Shown here one piece after another: positions 21,314-30,330 of a stretch of DNA of 64,000 nucleotides; within the stretch, counting starts at the first letter, position 1, and each line of letters starts with the position of its first letter. The stretch covers positions 64,287 through 128,286 of the forward strand of contig JAJXVB010000008.1 of the NCBI GenBank assembly GCA_021782365.1, written 5' to 3'. The position numbers and the translations under genes are program-made. The notes below the pieces were generated by a model. It had not been told where the DNA came from. It ran no database searches and saw only the letters and a program-made list of their open reading frames with translations. Source of the stretch: Pseudomonadota bacterium. Its GTDB lineage: Bacteria > Pseudomonadota > Gammaproteobacteria > Burkholderiales > Gallionellaceae.

Positions 21314-23944
21314 ATGACGCATTCGGCAAGGAAATGGCTGGACAGCATCGTCGCGGCGGGCCTCGATCTGTCGGATAGGGCAGAACTGCGTCTGGAAAAG
21401 ACCGTGATGACGCTGGTTCCGCTGATCATCGCGCCGCTCGCGCTGATATGGGGGACGACCTATTGTTTACTCGGCCACTGGCTGTCAGGCGCAATCCCGA
21501 TGACTTATGCGCTCATTTCGGCAGCCAGCCTTTCCCGTTTCTTCAGGACCAAGGATATCCGGTTCGTCCGCCAAAGCCAGCTGATCCTGGTGCTCATTCT
21601 GCCCTTTTTTCTGATGTGGTCGCTGGGCGGATTTTCCGCAGGCAGCATGGTGATGATCTGGGCGATCTTCTCGCCGATCGCGGCTCTCCTGTTTCTCGAA
21701 AAGGAAGAAGCGTTCAAGTGGTTCCTCGCATATTTCCTGCTGATCCTGATCTCCGCTTTGATAGACGATCGCATAGCCTTGGCGGCAACCCCGCTGCCAG
21801 ATCTTGCCAGAAAAATCTTCTATCTCCTGAACATCGGATGCGGATCGGCCGGTCTTTATCTCCTGGTATCCCGCTACATGGGAGAGGAGAAACGCGCCCA
21901 TGAGGCGAGCCTTAAGATGGCGGCAGTGTCATTCGAGTCCAGGCAGTGTCTGTCGATCATGGATAATGATGGCGTGATCCTGAAGGTCAACAGCGCATTC
22001 TCGGAGGATACGGGATATGTTGCGGAAGATGTGGTGGGGAAGACCCCGCGAATCTTCCAGTCCATGCATCACGATGCGGACTTCTATGCCGACATGCTGG
22101 CGTCTATCAGGCGCACTGGAGCATGGTCGGGGGAGATATGGATCAGGCACAAGGGAGGGGAGATACGTGAAAAATGGCTCAGCGTATCCGCGATCAGGGG
22201 AGAGGATGGCCTGATCAGCCACTATGCTTGCGCGCATGTCGACATCACCGCGCGCAAGGAAGTGGAACGCAGGAATGAAGTGCTGCTGCTGCGCCAGAAG
22301 GTGCTGATGAGTTCGACACTGGAAGGCGTGCACATCATGGATGTTGACGGCAACATCGTTGAGGCCAATGACACCTTCTGCCAGATGCTGGGGTATTCCC
22401 AGGAGGAGGTCAGCAGAATGAGCGTGGCTGATTGGGATGCGCAGTGGACGAGGGAAGAACTGATGGAGCGTTTCAAGGCCCTTGTGCATGTCAATGCGGC
22501 CAGATTTGAGACGCGGCATCGAAGGCGAGATGGGACTATTCTCGACGTCGAGGTGAGCACGACGGGTGCAGAGATAGACGGGAGGCGATATCTTTTTGCA
22601 TCGAGCCACGACATCACGAGGCGCAAGGAGGCTGAAGATACGATAAGAAGATTGGCATTCCACGATGCATTGACCGAATTGCCGAACCGGCAGCTGTTTC
22701 TCGACAGGCTAAACCATGCGATCGCATCCAGTGAGCGGGATGAAAACAGGGGGGCGCTGCTGTTCATCGATCTCGACAACTTCAAGAAACTCAACGATAC
22801 GCTGGGCCATGTGATGGGTGATCTCCTTCTGAAGCAGGTTGCGGAGCGCCTCGTTTCCTCGGTGCGAGAAGGCGATACCGTTGCCCGTCTGGGTGGCGAC
22901 GAATTCGTCGTGATGCTTGAGAATCTGGGCGAACAGGAAATCGTCGCGGCAGAACAGGTCGAAGCGATAGGTGAAAAGATACTCGCTGCATTGAGCAAGC
23001 CCTATCAGCTGAAGCAGCAGATTTTCCGTAGCTCTGGCAGCATAGGCGCGACCCTGTTCTGCGGGGAAAAACAGGATTCGGAAGAGCTCTTGAAGCAGGC
23101 AGACATCGCGATGTACCAGGCCAAGAGGGTCGGGCGAAATACCCTGCGTTTTTTCGATCAGAAGATGCAGGAGGCGATCAACGCGCGAGCTTCTATGGAA
23201 GAGCAACTGCGTCTTGCGTTGGAGAGCGGGCAATTCGAACTTTATTATCAGGTTCAGGTCGATCGAGAAGGCAACCCCATAGGCGCCGAGGCATTGATAC
23301 GCTGGCATCATCCGGAGCGCGGCATGGTCATTCCCGTCGACTTCATATCCCTCGCGGAAGAGTCAGGCCTGATCCTGCCGATAGGGCGCTGGGTGCTCGA
23401 TGAAGCCTGTGCGAAACTCGCAAGCTGGTCGAGCGATGAAAAGATGCGAAGATTCGTTTTGGCGGTGAACATCAGCGCGCGGCAATTCCGTCAGATGGAA
23501 TTCGTCGATGAGTTAAAGGCGCTCATTGCAAAATATTCGCTCGATCCCTCCCGCCTGAAGCTCGAGTTGACCGAGAGCATGCTGCTCGAGAGCTCCGCTG
23601 CTGTGACGATGAATGCGTTGAAGGAGATCGGCGTTCAGTTATCTCTGGATGATTTCGGCACGGGCTATTCCTCGCTGCAATACCTGCAGCGCCTTCCCCT
23701 GAATCAGGTCAAGATAGACCAGTCCTTCATACGCGATATCGCAACGGCCCCCAATGATGCCGCGATCGTCCAGACCATCATCGCGATGACCGAGGCTTTG
23801 AGGATGGACGTGATCGCGGAAGGCGTGGAGACAGAGGCGCAGCGAAAATTTCTGGACATGCAGAGCTGCGGCGCCTACCAGGGATATCTGTTCGGAGAGC
23901 CTTTGCCCATCGAGAAATTCGAGGCGCTTTTCGGAATGAGATGA
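21314..23944 (+). CDS. membrane-anchored PAS-PAS-GGDEF-EAL c-di-GMP turnover protein
   Basis: 876 aa with about six N-terminal TM segments and two PAS domains. The GGDEF domain reads RLGGDEF with an RxxD I-site (REGD). EAL motifs present: EALIRW, DDFGTGYS and EGVETEAQ. Confidence 0.9.
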   Translation: MTHSARKWLDSIVAAGLDLSDRAELRLEKTVMTLVPLIIAPLALIWGTTYCLLGHWLSGAIPMTYALISAASLSRFFRTKDIRFVRQSQLILVLILPFFLMWSLGGFSAGSMVMIWAIFSPIAALLFLEKEEAFKWFLAYFLLILISALIDDRIALAATPLPDLARKIFYLLNIGCGSAGLYLLVSRYMGEEKRAHEASLKMAAVSFESRQCLSIMDNDGVILKVNSAFSEDTGYVAEDVVGKTPRIFQSMHHDADFYADMLASIRRTGAWSGEIWIRHKGGEIREKWLSVSAIRGEDGLISHYACAHVDITARKEVERRNEVLLLRQKVLMSSTLEGVHIMDVDGNIVEANDTFCQMLGYSQEEVSRMSVADWDAQWTREELMERFKALVHVNAARFETRHRRRDGTILDVEVSTTGAEIDGRRYLFASSHDITRRKEAEDTIRRLAFHDALTELPNRQLFLDRLNHAIASSERDENRGALLFIDLDNFKKLNDTLGHVMGDLLLKQVAERLVSSVREGDTVARLGGDEFVVMLENLGEQEIVAAEQVEAIGEKILAALSKPYQLKQQIFRSSGSIGATLFCGEKQDSEELLKQADIAMYQAKRVGRNTLRFFDQKMQEAINARASMEEQLRLALESGQFELYYQVQVDREGNPIGAEALIRWHHPERGMVIPVDFISLAEESGLILPIGRWVLDEACAKLASWSSDEKMRRFVLAVNISARQFRQMEFVDELKALIAKYSLDPSRLKLELTESMLLESSAAVTMNALKEIGVQLSLDDFGTGYSSLQYLQRLPLNQVKIDQSFIRDIATAPNDAAIVQTIIAMTEALRMDVIAEGVETEAQRKFLDMQSCGAYQGYLFGEPLPIEKFEALFGMR

Positions 23945-23965
23945 GGCTCGAAATGAGGAGCGAAT

Positions 23966-23994
23966 TTGCAGCAATCAACCCGCGTTGTTACACT
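23966..23994 (+). promoter_or_regulatory. candidate rnpB promoter
   Basis: TTGCAG (23966-23971), a 17-nt spacer, then TACACT (23989-23994), 7 nt before the predicted mature 5' end (G24002). Confidence 0.5.
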
Positions 23995-24001
23995 TGATGC
24001 T

Positions 24002-24354
24002 GAAGCTGGCCAGGCAGTCGCCGCGCACCTTGGTGCGGGGAGGAAAGTCCGGGCTCCAAAGAGCAGAATGCCGGTTAATGGCCGGACACCGCGAGGTGAT
24101 GAAAAGTGCCACAGAAAACATACCGCCGATGGCTGTGAAAACAGATCAGGCAAGGGCGAACCGGTGCGGTAAGAGCGCACCGCGCCTCCGGCAACGGGGG
24201 TGGCAGGGTAAACTCCATTCGGAGCAAGATCAAATAGGCTGACCATGACGTGGCTCGCGTCGTCAGCGGGTAGATCGCTTGAGCGTCAGGCAACGAAACG
24301 CCTAGAGGAATGACTGTCCACGACAGAACCCGGCTTATCGGCCAGCTTCACCCT
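24002..24354 (+). ncRNA. rnpB: RNase P RNA, bacterial type A
   Basis: Near-identical to conserved blocks of E. coli M1 RNA. These are GAAGCTGGCCAGGCAGTCGCCGC at the 5' end, GAGGAAAGTCCGGGCTCC (24040-24057), ACCGCCGATGGC, GGTGCGGTAAGAGCGCACCGCGC, GGTAAACTCCA and AATGACTGTCCACGACAGAACCCGGCTTATCGGCCAGCTTCACC at the 3' end. Confidence 0.95.
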
Positions 24355-27292
24355 TCTTCAGCAATATCTCGAATTCTTCGGGGGGAACGGGCCTGGAAAA
24401 AAGGTATCCCTGCCCAAAATCACAGCCTGCCGCAAGCAGCCTTTCCTTCTGCGCCTCTGTCTCCACGCCTTCGGCGACCACTTCGAGCCCGAGTTTGTGC
24501 GCCATCATCACGATGGCTTCGGAAAGCGCCATGTCGCTCGCATCGTTTGCGATATCCTCGACAAAAGACTTGTCGATCTTGAGATAGTCTATGTCCAGTC
24601 TCTTGAGGTAGGAGAGAGCGGAATATCCGGTGCCGAAATCGTCTATCGCGACCTCGATGCCCGCATCCCTGAACTTGAGGAACTTGTCGGTTATGCTGGC
24701 GTCGGCATTCAGCAGCAGTCCTTCCGTGATCTCGATCACGATGTGCTTTCCGGAAAGCCCGAGGTTCTCAAGATAAGAAAGCCATTCGTCTATGTTTCCG
24801 TTGTCGCTTTGAAACTGCATCGGGGATTTGTTCACGCAGACCCTGAAGCCTTGAGGCGAAATTTCAAGCCAGCGTCTGATCCAGCGTGCGGACTCCTTGA
24901 ACACCCAGTCGCCGATCTCCATGATGAGGCCGCTTTCTTCGGCCAGCGGAATGAAATCCATCGGGCTTACCATCCCGCGGACAGGATGCATCCAGCGCAA
25001 TAGAGCCTCTGCCTTGACGATCCTGCCTGTTGCGAGTTCGACGACGGGCTGGAAGTGCAATTTGAACTGGTCTGATTGAAGCGCGCCTCTCAAGTCATTT
25101 AGCATCTTGAGTCTCAATTGCGCCTTTTCCTGGAGTGCGCTGGTGAAGTAGCCAAGACGGTTGCGCCCCGCACTCTTTGCCAGATACATCGCCTGGTCGG
25201 CATTGCGCAGCAGCTGTTCCACGTCGAGCGCATCGTCGGGATAAAAGGTGATGCCTATGCTTGCCGATATATACGCGTTGTCAACCCCGAGACGGAATGG
25301 CGCGACGAGCTTCTCGAGTATGTTCTGCGCGATCTTTTCTGCATGGGTTCCTTCCGAAAGTTCGGACAGGACGATGGTGAATTCGTCGCCGCCAAGGCGC
25401 GCGACCGTGTCCGATTCGCGCACGCAGGAGACGATGCGTTTCGCTGCCTCGATCAGCAGCTGGTCGCCCAGATGGTGCCCCAACGTGTCGTTGATTTCCT
25501 TGAAGCGGTCGAGATCGATGAAAAGCAGCGCGACCCTGGATTGTCCACGATGCGCCTTCTTGATTTCCTGCTCCAGTCTGTCGTGGAACATGCGCCGGTT
25601 GGGCAGTTCGGTCAGCAGGTCAAAATTGGCCTGCTTCCAGATCAATTCGTCCGTGCGCACCTTGTCCGTGATATCGGAGAAGAGCGCGACATGGCGATGC
25701 ACGGAATCATCCGGATTCAATATGGTGTTGATCGTTAGCCACTCCGGATAGACGTCGCCGCTCTTGCGGCGGTTCCAGATCTCGCCGTGCCAGCTGCCCA
25801 GATTCTTCACTTCGTTCCACAGATTCCTGTAGAAGTCCGCGTCGTGCTTTCCCGATTTCAAGAGGCCAGGGTTTTTCCCGAGAACTTCATCCATCGCATA
25901 GCCCGTGATGTCGGTGAAGGAGGGATTGATCGCGATGATCCGGTTGTGCTCGTCGGTGATCATCATCGCTTCGCTGGAATGTTTATAGACCATGGAGGCG
26001 AGCTGCAGCTCATCTTCGGCCTCTTTGCGTTCGATGCTGATACCGGCCAGTCTTGCGCAGCTTGCGATCAGCGAGATGTCGGCGCTGCTGGGGATGCTGG
26101 GTTTTTTGTGATAGATCGCAAAGGATCCTTGTACCTTGCGCGTGGATCCATATATCGGCTCGGACCAGCAGGAGACGAGGCCTGCCTGATCCGCGAGATG
26201 CCTGTAGTTCTTCCAGTAAGGATGGCTGCGTATGTCCTCGACGATGACGCGCTCACCGGTATAACACGCAGTCCCGCATGAGCCGGCTTCGGGTCCGATC
26301 TCGGCGCCTTCTATTGCGGCATTGTAGGAGGGAGGAAGCGAGGGGGCCGCGCCTATCGAGAGGTGGTTTCCTTCGGCATCCAGAAGCACGATGGAGCAGA
26401 GCATTGCGGGATTCTGTTCTTCCACGCCCAGCACGATCGCATTCAGGATTTCGGCAAGCGGCTTGCCCTGGGTCAGGAGTTCGAGAACATGGTTGCGCAG
26501 ATGCTCGTTGTTTTCCGCTCTCCTGCGTTCCGTGATGTCCTCGATGAGGGTGACGATGTAATCGAGGCTGCCGCCATTCTTGCGCACGGCCTGGGGCGCG
26601 CGGCGCACATGGATGATTTCGCCATCCTTGCGTATGAATCGGCTCTCTAGCGTATAGCTGTCTAATTCGCCTCTGAGCAGGCGCTCGTACAGCTTTAGAT
26701 TCTCATCAAGATCGGCTGGATGAGTGAGCTCTGCCCAGTTCATGCGCAACAGCTCTTCTCGCGAATATCCCAGCATTCTGCACAGCGCATCGTTGACCTC
26801 TAGCCAGTCCTTCTCTGCATTGGTCGATGCCATGCCGATCAGGGCCTGTTCGAAGTAGGCCCTGAAATGGCGCTCGCTTGAAATCAGCGCATCCTCTGTT
26901 TCCCGCTTGGCCTGCCTGTTCAGGGCTTCGCGCAGCTCGCGTTCGATCGCGGGCACGAGGCGCGCGAGGTTGCTTTTCATCACGAAGTCGTGGGCGCCGG
27001 ACTTCATCGAGGCGACAGCCATTTCTTCGCCTATGCTGCCAGAAACGATGATGAGCGGGATGTCGAGCCCATGCTCGCGCACGATTTTGATCGCATCAGA
27101 AGAGTTGAATCCCGGCATGTTGTGGTCCGTGATCACGAGGTCCCACTCCTGCCGCGACAGGGCATCCTTCAATGCCTTCTCGCTGGATACGCGCTCAAAA
27201 ATTGCGTCAAAGCCTCCGCGCTTCAGTTCGCGCAAGGCAAGGAGCGTATCGTCCTCTGAGTCTTCGATGATCAGGACGCGCAGTTTTTTCAC
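24335..27292 (-). CDS. response regulator REC-PAS-GAF-PAS-GGDEF-EAL
   Basis: 985 aa with a GTG start. It has an N-terminal receiver (LIIEDSEDD...VITDHNMPG), PAS, GAF and PAS domains. The GGDEF domain reads RLGGDEF with an RESD I-site. EAL motifs present: EALLRW, DDFGTGYS and EGVETEAQ. Confidence 0.92.
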   Translation of the reverse strand: MKKLRVLIIEDSEDDTLLALRELKRGGFDAIFERVSSEKALKDALSRQEWDLVITDHNMPGFNSSDAIKIVREHGLDIPLIIVSGSIGEEMAVASMKSGAHDFVMKSNLARLVPAIERELREALNRQAKRETEDALISSERHFRAYFEQALIGMASTNAEKDWLEVNDALCRMLGYSREELLRMNWAELTHPADLDENLKLYERLLRGELDSYTLESRFIRKDGEIIHVRRAPQAVRKNGGSLDYIVTLIEDITERRRAENNEHLRNHVLELLTQGKPLAEILNAIVLGVEEQNPAMLCSIVLLDAEGNHLSIGAAPSLPPSYNAAIEGAEIGPEAGSCGTACYTGERVIVEDIRSHPYWKNYRHLADQAGLVSCWSEPIYGSTRKVQGSFAIYHKKPSIPSSADISLIASCARLAGISIERKEAEDELQLASMVYKHSSEAMMITDEHNRIIAINPSFTDITGYAMDEVLGKNPGLLKSGKHDADFYRNLWNEVKNLGSWHGEIWNRRKSGDVYPEWLTINTILNPDDSVHRHVALFSDITDKVRTDELIWKQANFDLLTELPNRRMFHDRLEQEIKKAHRGQSRVALLFIDLDRFKEINDTLGHHLGDQLLIEAAKRIVSCVRESDTVARLGGDEFTIVLSELSEGTHAEKIAQNILEKLVAPFRLGVDNAYISASIGITFYPDDALDVEQLLRNADQAMYLAKSAGRNRLGYFTSALQEKAQLRLKMLNDLRGALQSDQFKLHFQPVVELATGRIVKAEALLRWMHPVRGMVSPMDFIPLAEESGLIMEIGDWVFKESARWIRRWLEISPQGFRVCVNKSPMQFQSDNGNIDEWLSYLENLGLSGKHIVIEITEGLLLNADASITDKFLKFRDAGIEVAIDDFGTGYSALSYLKRLDIDYLKIDKSFVEDIANDASDMALSEAIVMMAHKLGLEVVAEGVETEAQKERLLAAGCDFGQGYLFSRPVPPEEFEILLKKGEAGR

Positions 27293-27293
27293 A

Positions 27294-27731
27294 TCAGTCG
27301 TCCGCCGCTTCGTTCAGCATCAGCCAGTACATGCCAAGCTGTCTTGCTGCTTCGATGAACTCGTTGAAATCGACGGGCTTGCGCACATAGCTGTTCGCGC
27401 CGAGATTGTAGCTCGAGATTTTGTCCTGCTGTTCGTTCGATGAGGTGAGTATCACGACGGGAAGGCGGCGCGTGCGGCTGTCTGCGCGTATCCTTTGCAG
27501 CACTTCCAGGCCGTCCACCTTGGGTAGCTTGAGATCGAGCAGGATGATCTGCGGCTGTATCGAGGTGTCCCTTCCCGCATATTCCCCTTCTCCGAAAAGG
27601 TAGTCGAGCGCCTCCTGTCCGTCTTTGACCTCTTTTATCTCGTTTGAGATGTTGTGCTGCTTCAATGCGCGCACGGTCAGTATGCGGTCATCGGGATTGT
27701 CTTCGACCAGAAGTATGATTTTGTTCTTCAT
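27294..27731 (-). CDS. single-domain response regulator (CheY/Rcp1-like receiver)
   Basis: 145 aa: [10 protein letters not shown]...[12 protein letters not shown]...VVILTSS...GANSYVRKP. Confidence 0.92.
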   Translation of the reverse strand: MKNKIILLVEDNPDDRILTVRALKQHNISNEIKEVKDGQEALDYLFGEGEYAGRDTSIQPQIILLDLKLPKVDGLEVLQRIRADSRTRRLPVVILTSSNEQQDKISSYNLGANSYVRKPVDFNEFIEAARQLGMYWLMLNEAADD

Positions 27732-27750
27732 CTAAGCTCCGCTTGGTAAT

Positions 27751-29205
27751 TCAGGCCGCGATATGCGGCAATACGAAATAAAAGCAGCTTCCTTCACCGA
27801 CCGCACCTTCCGCCCATATCCTGCCGCCGTGGCGGTTGATGATGCGCTGAACGGTTGCAAGGCCTATGCCCGTTCCTGGGAATTCGTCTTCCGTGTGCAG
27901 GCGCTGGAAAGCGCCGAACAGTTTTGAGGCGTAGCGCATGTCGAATCCTGCGCCGTTGTCCCGGATGAAATGGATCTCTTCGCCATCCTGTTTGAGGCTC
28001 CCGAACTCGATGATCGCATGATCCTTCTTGCTCGTGTATTTCCATGCGTTGTTCAGCAGATTCTGCAGCATGATCTGCATGAGGCCTGCGTCTCCCGTCG
28101 CGGAAATCCCGGGTTCTATCTTGATGCTGGCATTTCGATATGGGCTTTCATTCTGGAATCCGCGCATGATTTTTTCGGCGATCGCGCTCAAATCGACTTC
28201 GGCATGTTTTATCTCGAGTCGCGTCACGCGGGACAGCTGAAGCAAGTCGTCGATCAGCGAGCCCATCTTCTGCGCACCGCCTCTTATGCGCTTAAGATAG
28301 AACGCGCCTGTTTCGTCTAGTTTGCTTCCGTAATCCTCGATCAGCGCCTGGCTGAATCCGTCAATTGCGCGCAGCGGCGCGCGCAGGTCGTGGGAGACGG
28401 AATAGCTGAACGCCTCGAGCTCCTTGTTGCTTGCACTGAGCTCAACGGTGCGCCGCCTCACCGTTTCTTCGAGCGTGTCGTTCTGCACCCTGATCTGCTT
28501 CGCATCTTCCAATATGCGCTTGTCAGCGGATTCGATGGCTCTTGCGAGCGTTCCATATTCGTCCTGCCTTCTGGTGAGGGCGGGAAGCGCGATGGTTCCG
28601 CTTCCCATCGCTGGAAGCGTGCCCTGGATATCGCTCAACGGGCGGGTGATCCAGCGCGCAAGGATCAGGCCGAATGCGACGGAAGTCAGGGTTAGTGCGG
28701 AGAGATAGATCGCAAAGTCGCGCAGGTGTATCCAGAGAAATTCCCTGAAAGACGTTATGTCGAAGAGGGCTGCGACGCTGCCGATTTTTTCTCCGCCGAA
28801 TTCGACGGGAGCGATCCCGCTCATGGTTTCCATGCTGTTCCATGCGCTGGAAACATAGGGCTGCATCAGAGGGTGCTCTTTGGGATCGGTGGAGCCTATC
28901 GTGTTCCCTAAGCTGTCGATAACGGTGATCTCCCGGAACCTGTAGAGGGTGCCCTGATCTTCCTGTTCCTGGACGCGCCTAAGCTTGCTCCAAAGTTCGA
29001 AGAGCTTTCCATAGCGCAAATCATCCGCGACGGTCAGCGCGACGAGCCGGGTTGCATCTGATGCCTGGGATCTTATCGCATCGCGCCATTGGCGCTTCAG
29101 TTCTAAGTAGTTGTGGATCGCGTAGGCCGAAATCGAGATCACGGAAAAGACCAGGAGCAGAACGCTCACCTGGCGGAAAAAGGAGCGGTATAGCCAGTTC
29201 TTCAC
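27751..29205 (-). CDS. sensor histidine kinase (TM, ~130-aa periplasmic loop, TM, HAMP, HisKA, HATPase)
   Basis: 484 aa with a GTG start overlapping the upstream gene's stop (GTGA). It has the H-box SHDLRAPLRAI, N/G boxes (LLNNAWKYT, DNGAGFD, GTGIGLA) and two TM segments flanking residues ~33-160. Confidence 0.92.
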   Translation of the reverse strand: MKNWLYRSFFRQVSVLLLVFSVISISAYAIHNYLELKRQWRDAIRSQASDATRLVALTVADDLRYGKLFELWSKLRRVQEQEDQGTLYRFREITVIDSLGNTIGSTDPKEHPLMQPYVSSAWNSMETMSGIAPVEFGGEKIGSVAALFDITSFREFLWIHLRDFAIYLSALTLTSVAFGLILARWITRPLSDIQGTLPAMGSGTIALPALTRRQDEYGTLARAIESADKRILEDAKQIRVQNDTLEETVRRRTVELSASNKELEAFSYSVSHDLRAPLRAIDGFSQALIEDYGSKLDETGAFYLKRIRGGAQKMGSLIDDLLQLSRVTRLEIKHAEVDLSAIAEKIMRGFQNESPYRNASIKIEPGISATGDAGLMQIMLQNLLNNAWKYTSKKDHAIIEFGSLKQDGEEIHFIRDNGAGFDMRYASKLFGAFQRLHTEDEFPGTGIGLATVQRIINRHGGRIWAEGAVGEGSCFYFVLPHIAA

Positions 29206-30059
29206 CGGGCAGCGTGTCCGTCAGGCCTGACTGCTGCGAGCATCTTTGCGATCGGCGCATAAAAGCTGTCCGGTTCGACCACAAATCCGTCCATGCCGAA
29301 ATCCTTGAGCATGGTCCTTCCCTTGGCGTCGGCCTTCATTCCGGTTAAGGCATCTTCCAGCTTCTTCAGGATCGCAGCATCGACCTTGGGGCCTGCGACG
29401 ACAGGCGTGAAGGGGTAGGGCCCCATGCGTTCGATTTCCTTGAGCTTTATCGCGGTTTTAGGATGTGTCTTGATATATTCGACCCAGACATATTCGTCGA
29501 CAGCCGAGACGTCGGCAAGTCCTCCCAGAAGGGCTTGTATGCTGTTCTCGTGGGAGCCCGTGTCTATCGCAAGCCTGAAGTATTTTGAGATGTCGATGCC
29601 TTTTTCGTGCAGCGCATAGGCGGGAGAGATGAATCCGGAATTGGAGCGTATGTCGGAATAGGCCAGCACTTTTCCCTTGAAGTCGGAAAGCTGTTTCTCC
29701 GGTCTGTCCTTCTGCGTCAATATCAAGCTGTGGTAGAGGGGTTTCCCCTGGAACAGCGGGACTGCGACAAGCTGCTGCCCGTATGCCTTGTGATCCTCGA
29801 CATAAGGGGCGCCGCAGGTCCAGCCTATCGAATCTGGGTGTTCCCTCAGGATGTCTGACAACCCGGTGTAGTGCGATGTGAAGACGGCCTGCATCGGATA
29901 GCCGCTCTTTTCGGATAGGTAGCGCACGAACGACTCGATCTGTTTAGCCTGTCCCGAGTTGACGACGACATCGCTTACGACGAAGGAATGAACGGGAGCG
30001 GCCTCCGCATTGCCAAAAAAGAGCAGCAGTAAACCTAACATAACGCGCAGGATTTGCAT
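29202..30059 (-). CDS. PhnD-like (phosphonate-binding family) periplasmic substrate-binding protein, no cognate ABC genes nearby
   Basis: Starts at ATG 30059 after a GGAGGAG RBS. It has a signal peptide (MQILRVMLGLLLLFFGNAEA) and PhnD-family-like stretches (...YSDIRSNSGFISPAY..., SAVDEYVW). The track ORF extension to 30137 lacks a signal peptide and an RBS. Confidence 0.85.
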   Translation of the reverse strand: MQILRVMLGLLLLFFGNAEAAPVHSFVVSDVVVNSGQAKQIESFVRYLSEKSGYPMQAVFTSHYTGLSDILREHPDSIGWTCGAPYVEDHKAYGQQLVAVPLFQGKPLYHSLILTQKDRPEKQLSDFKGKVLAYSDIRSNSGFISPAYALHEKGIDISKYFRLAIDTGSHENSIQALLGGLADVSAVDEYVWVEYIKTHPKTAIKLKEIERMGPYPFTPVVAGPKVDAAILKKLEDALTGMKADAKGRTMLKDFGMDGFVVEPDSFYAPIAKMLAAVRPDGHAAR

Positions 30060-30301
30060 CTTTACTCCTCCTGATGGTGCTGTTCTTATTGTCGGATTGG
30101 TAAGCGAATTATGAGGGCTTTGCAGCGGTATGCGCAATGCCCGTCGACGCGGATCAAACGCATCTCTAATGCTTCAATCGCAGCCTCCATAACAAATGGC
30201 TTTAGCTTAATTATGCAATTCATTGCTTTTTAAGTACATTTGCTAACTTTAGGTTTCTTCGCTAAGCCTTTGTCTTGAAAAGAAAAAATCCGATTTTTCG
30301 C

Positions 30302-30330
30302 TTGACCGCCGGCATTTTTTTAAATATAGT
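30302..30330 (+). promoter_or_regulatory. dcw cluster promoter (Pmra-like)
   Basis: TTGACC (30302-30307), a 17-nt spacer, then TATAGT (30325-30330), 41 nt upstream of the mraZ ATG. Confidence 0.6.

Noticed and set aside
23966-24582. Several short ORFs in the track overlap the 24.0-24.35 kb region: 23966-24172, 23985-24242, 24075-24293, 23875-24246 and 24310-24582.
   Set aside because: The region is RNase P RNA, with conserved blocks matching E. coli M1 RNA almost base for base. These ORFs are chance reading frames within an ncRNA, or antisense to the EAL domain.
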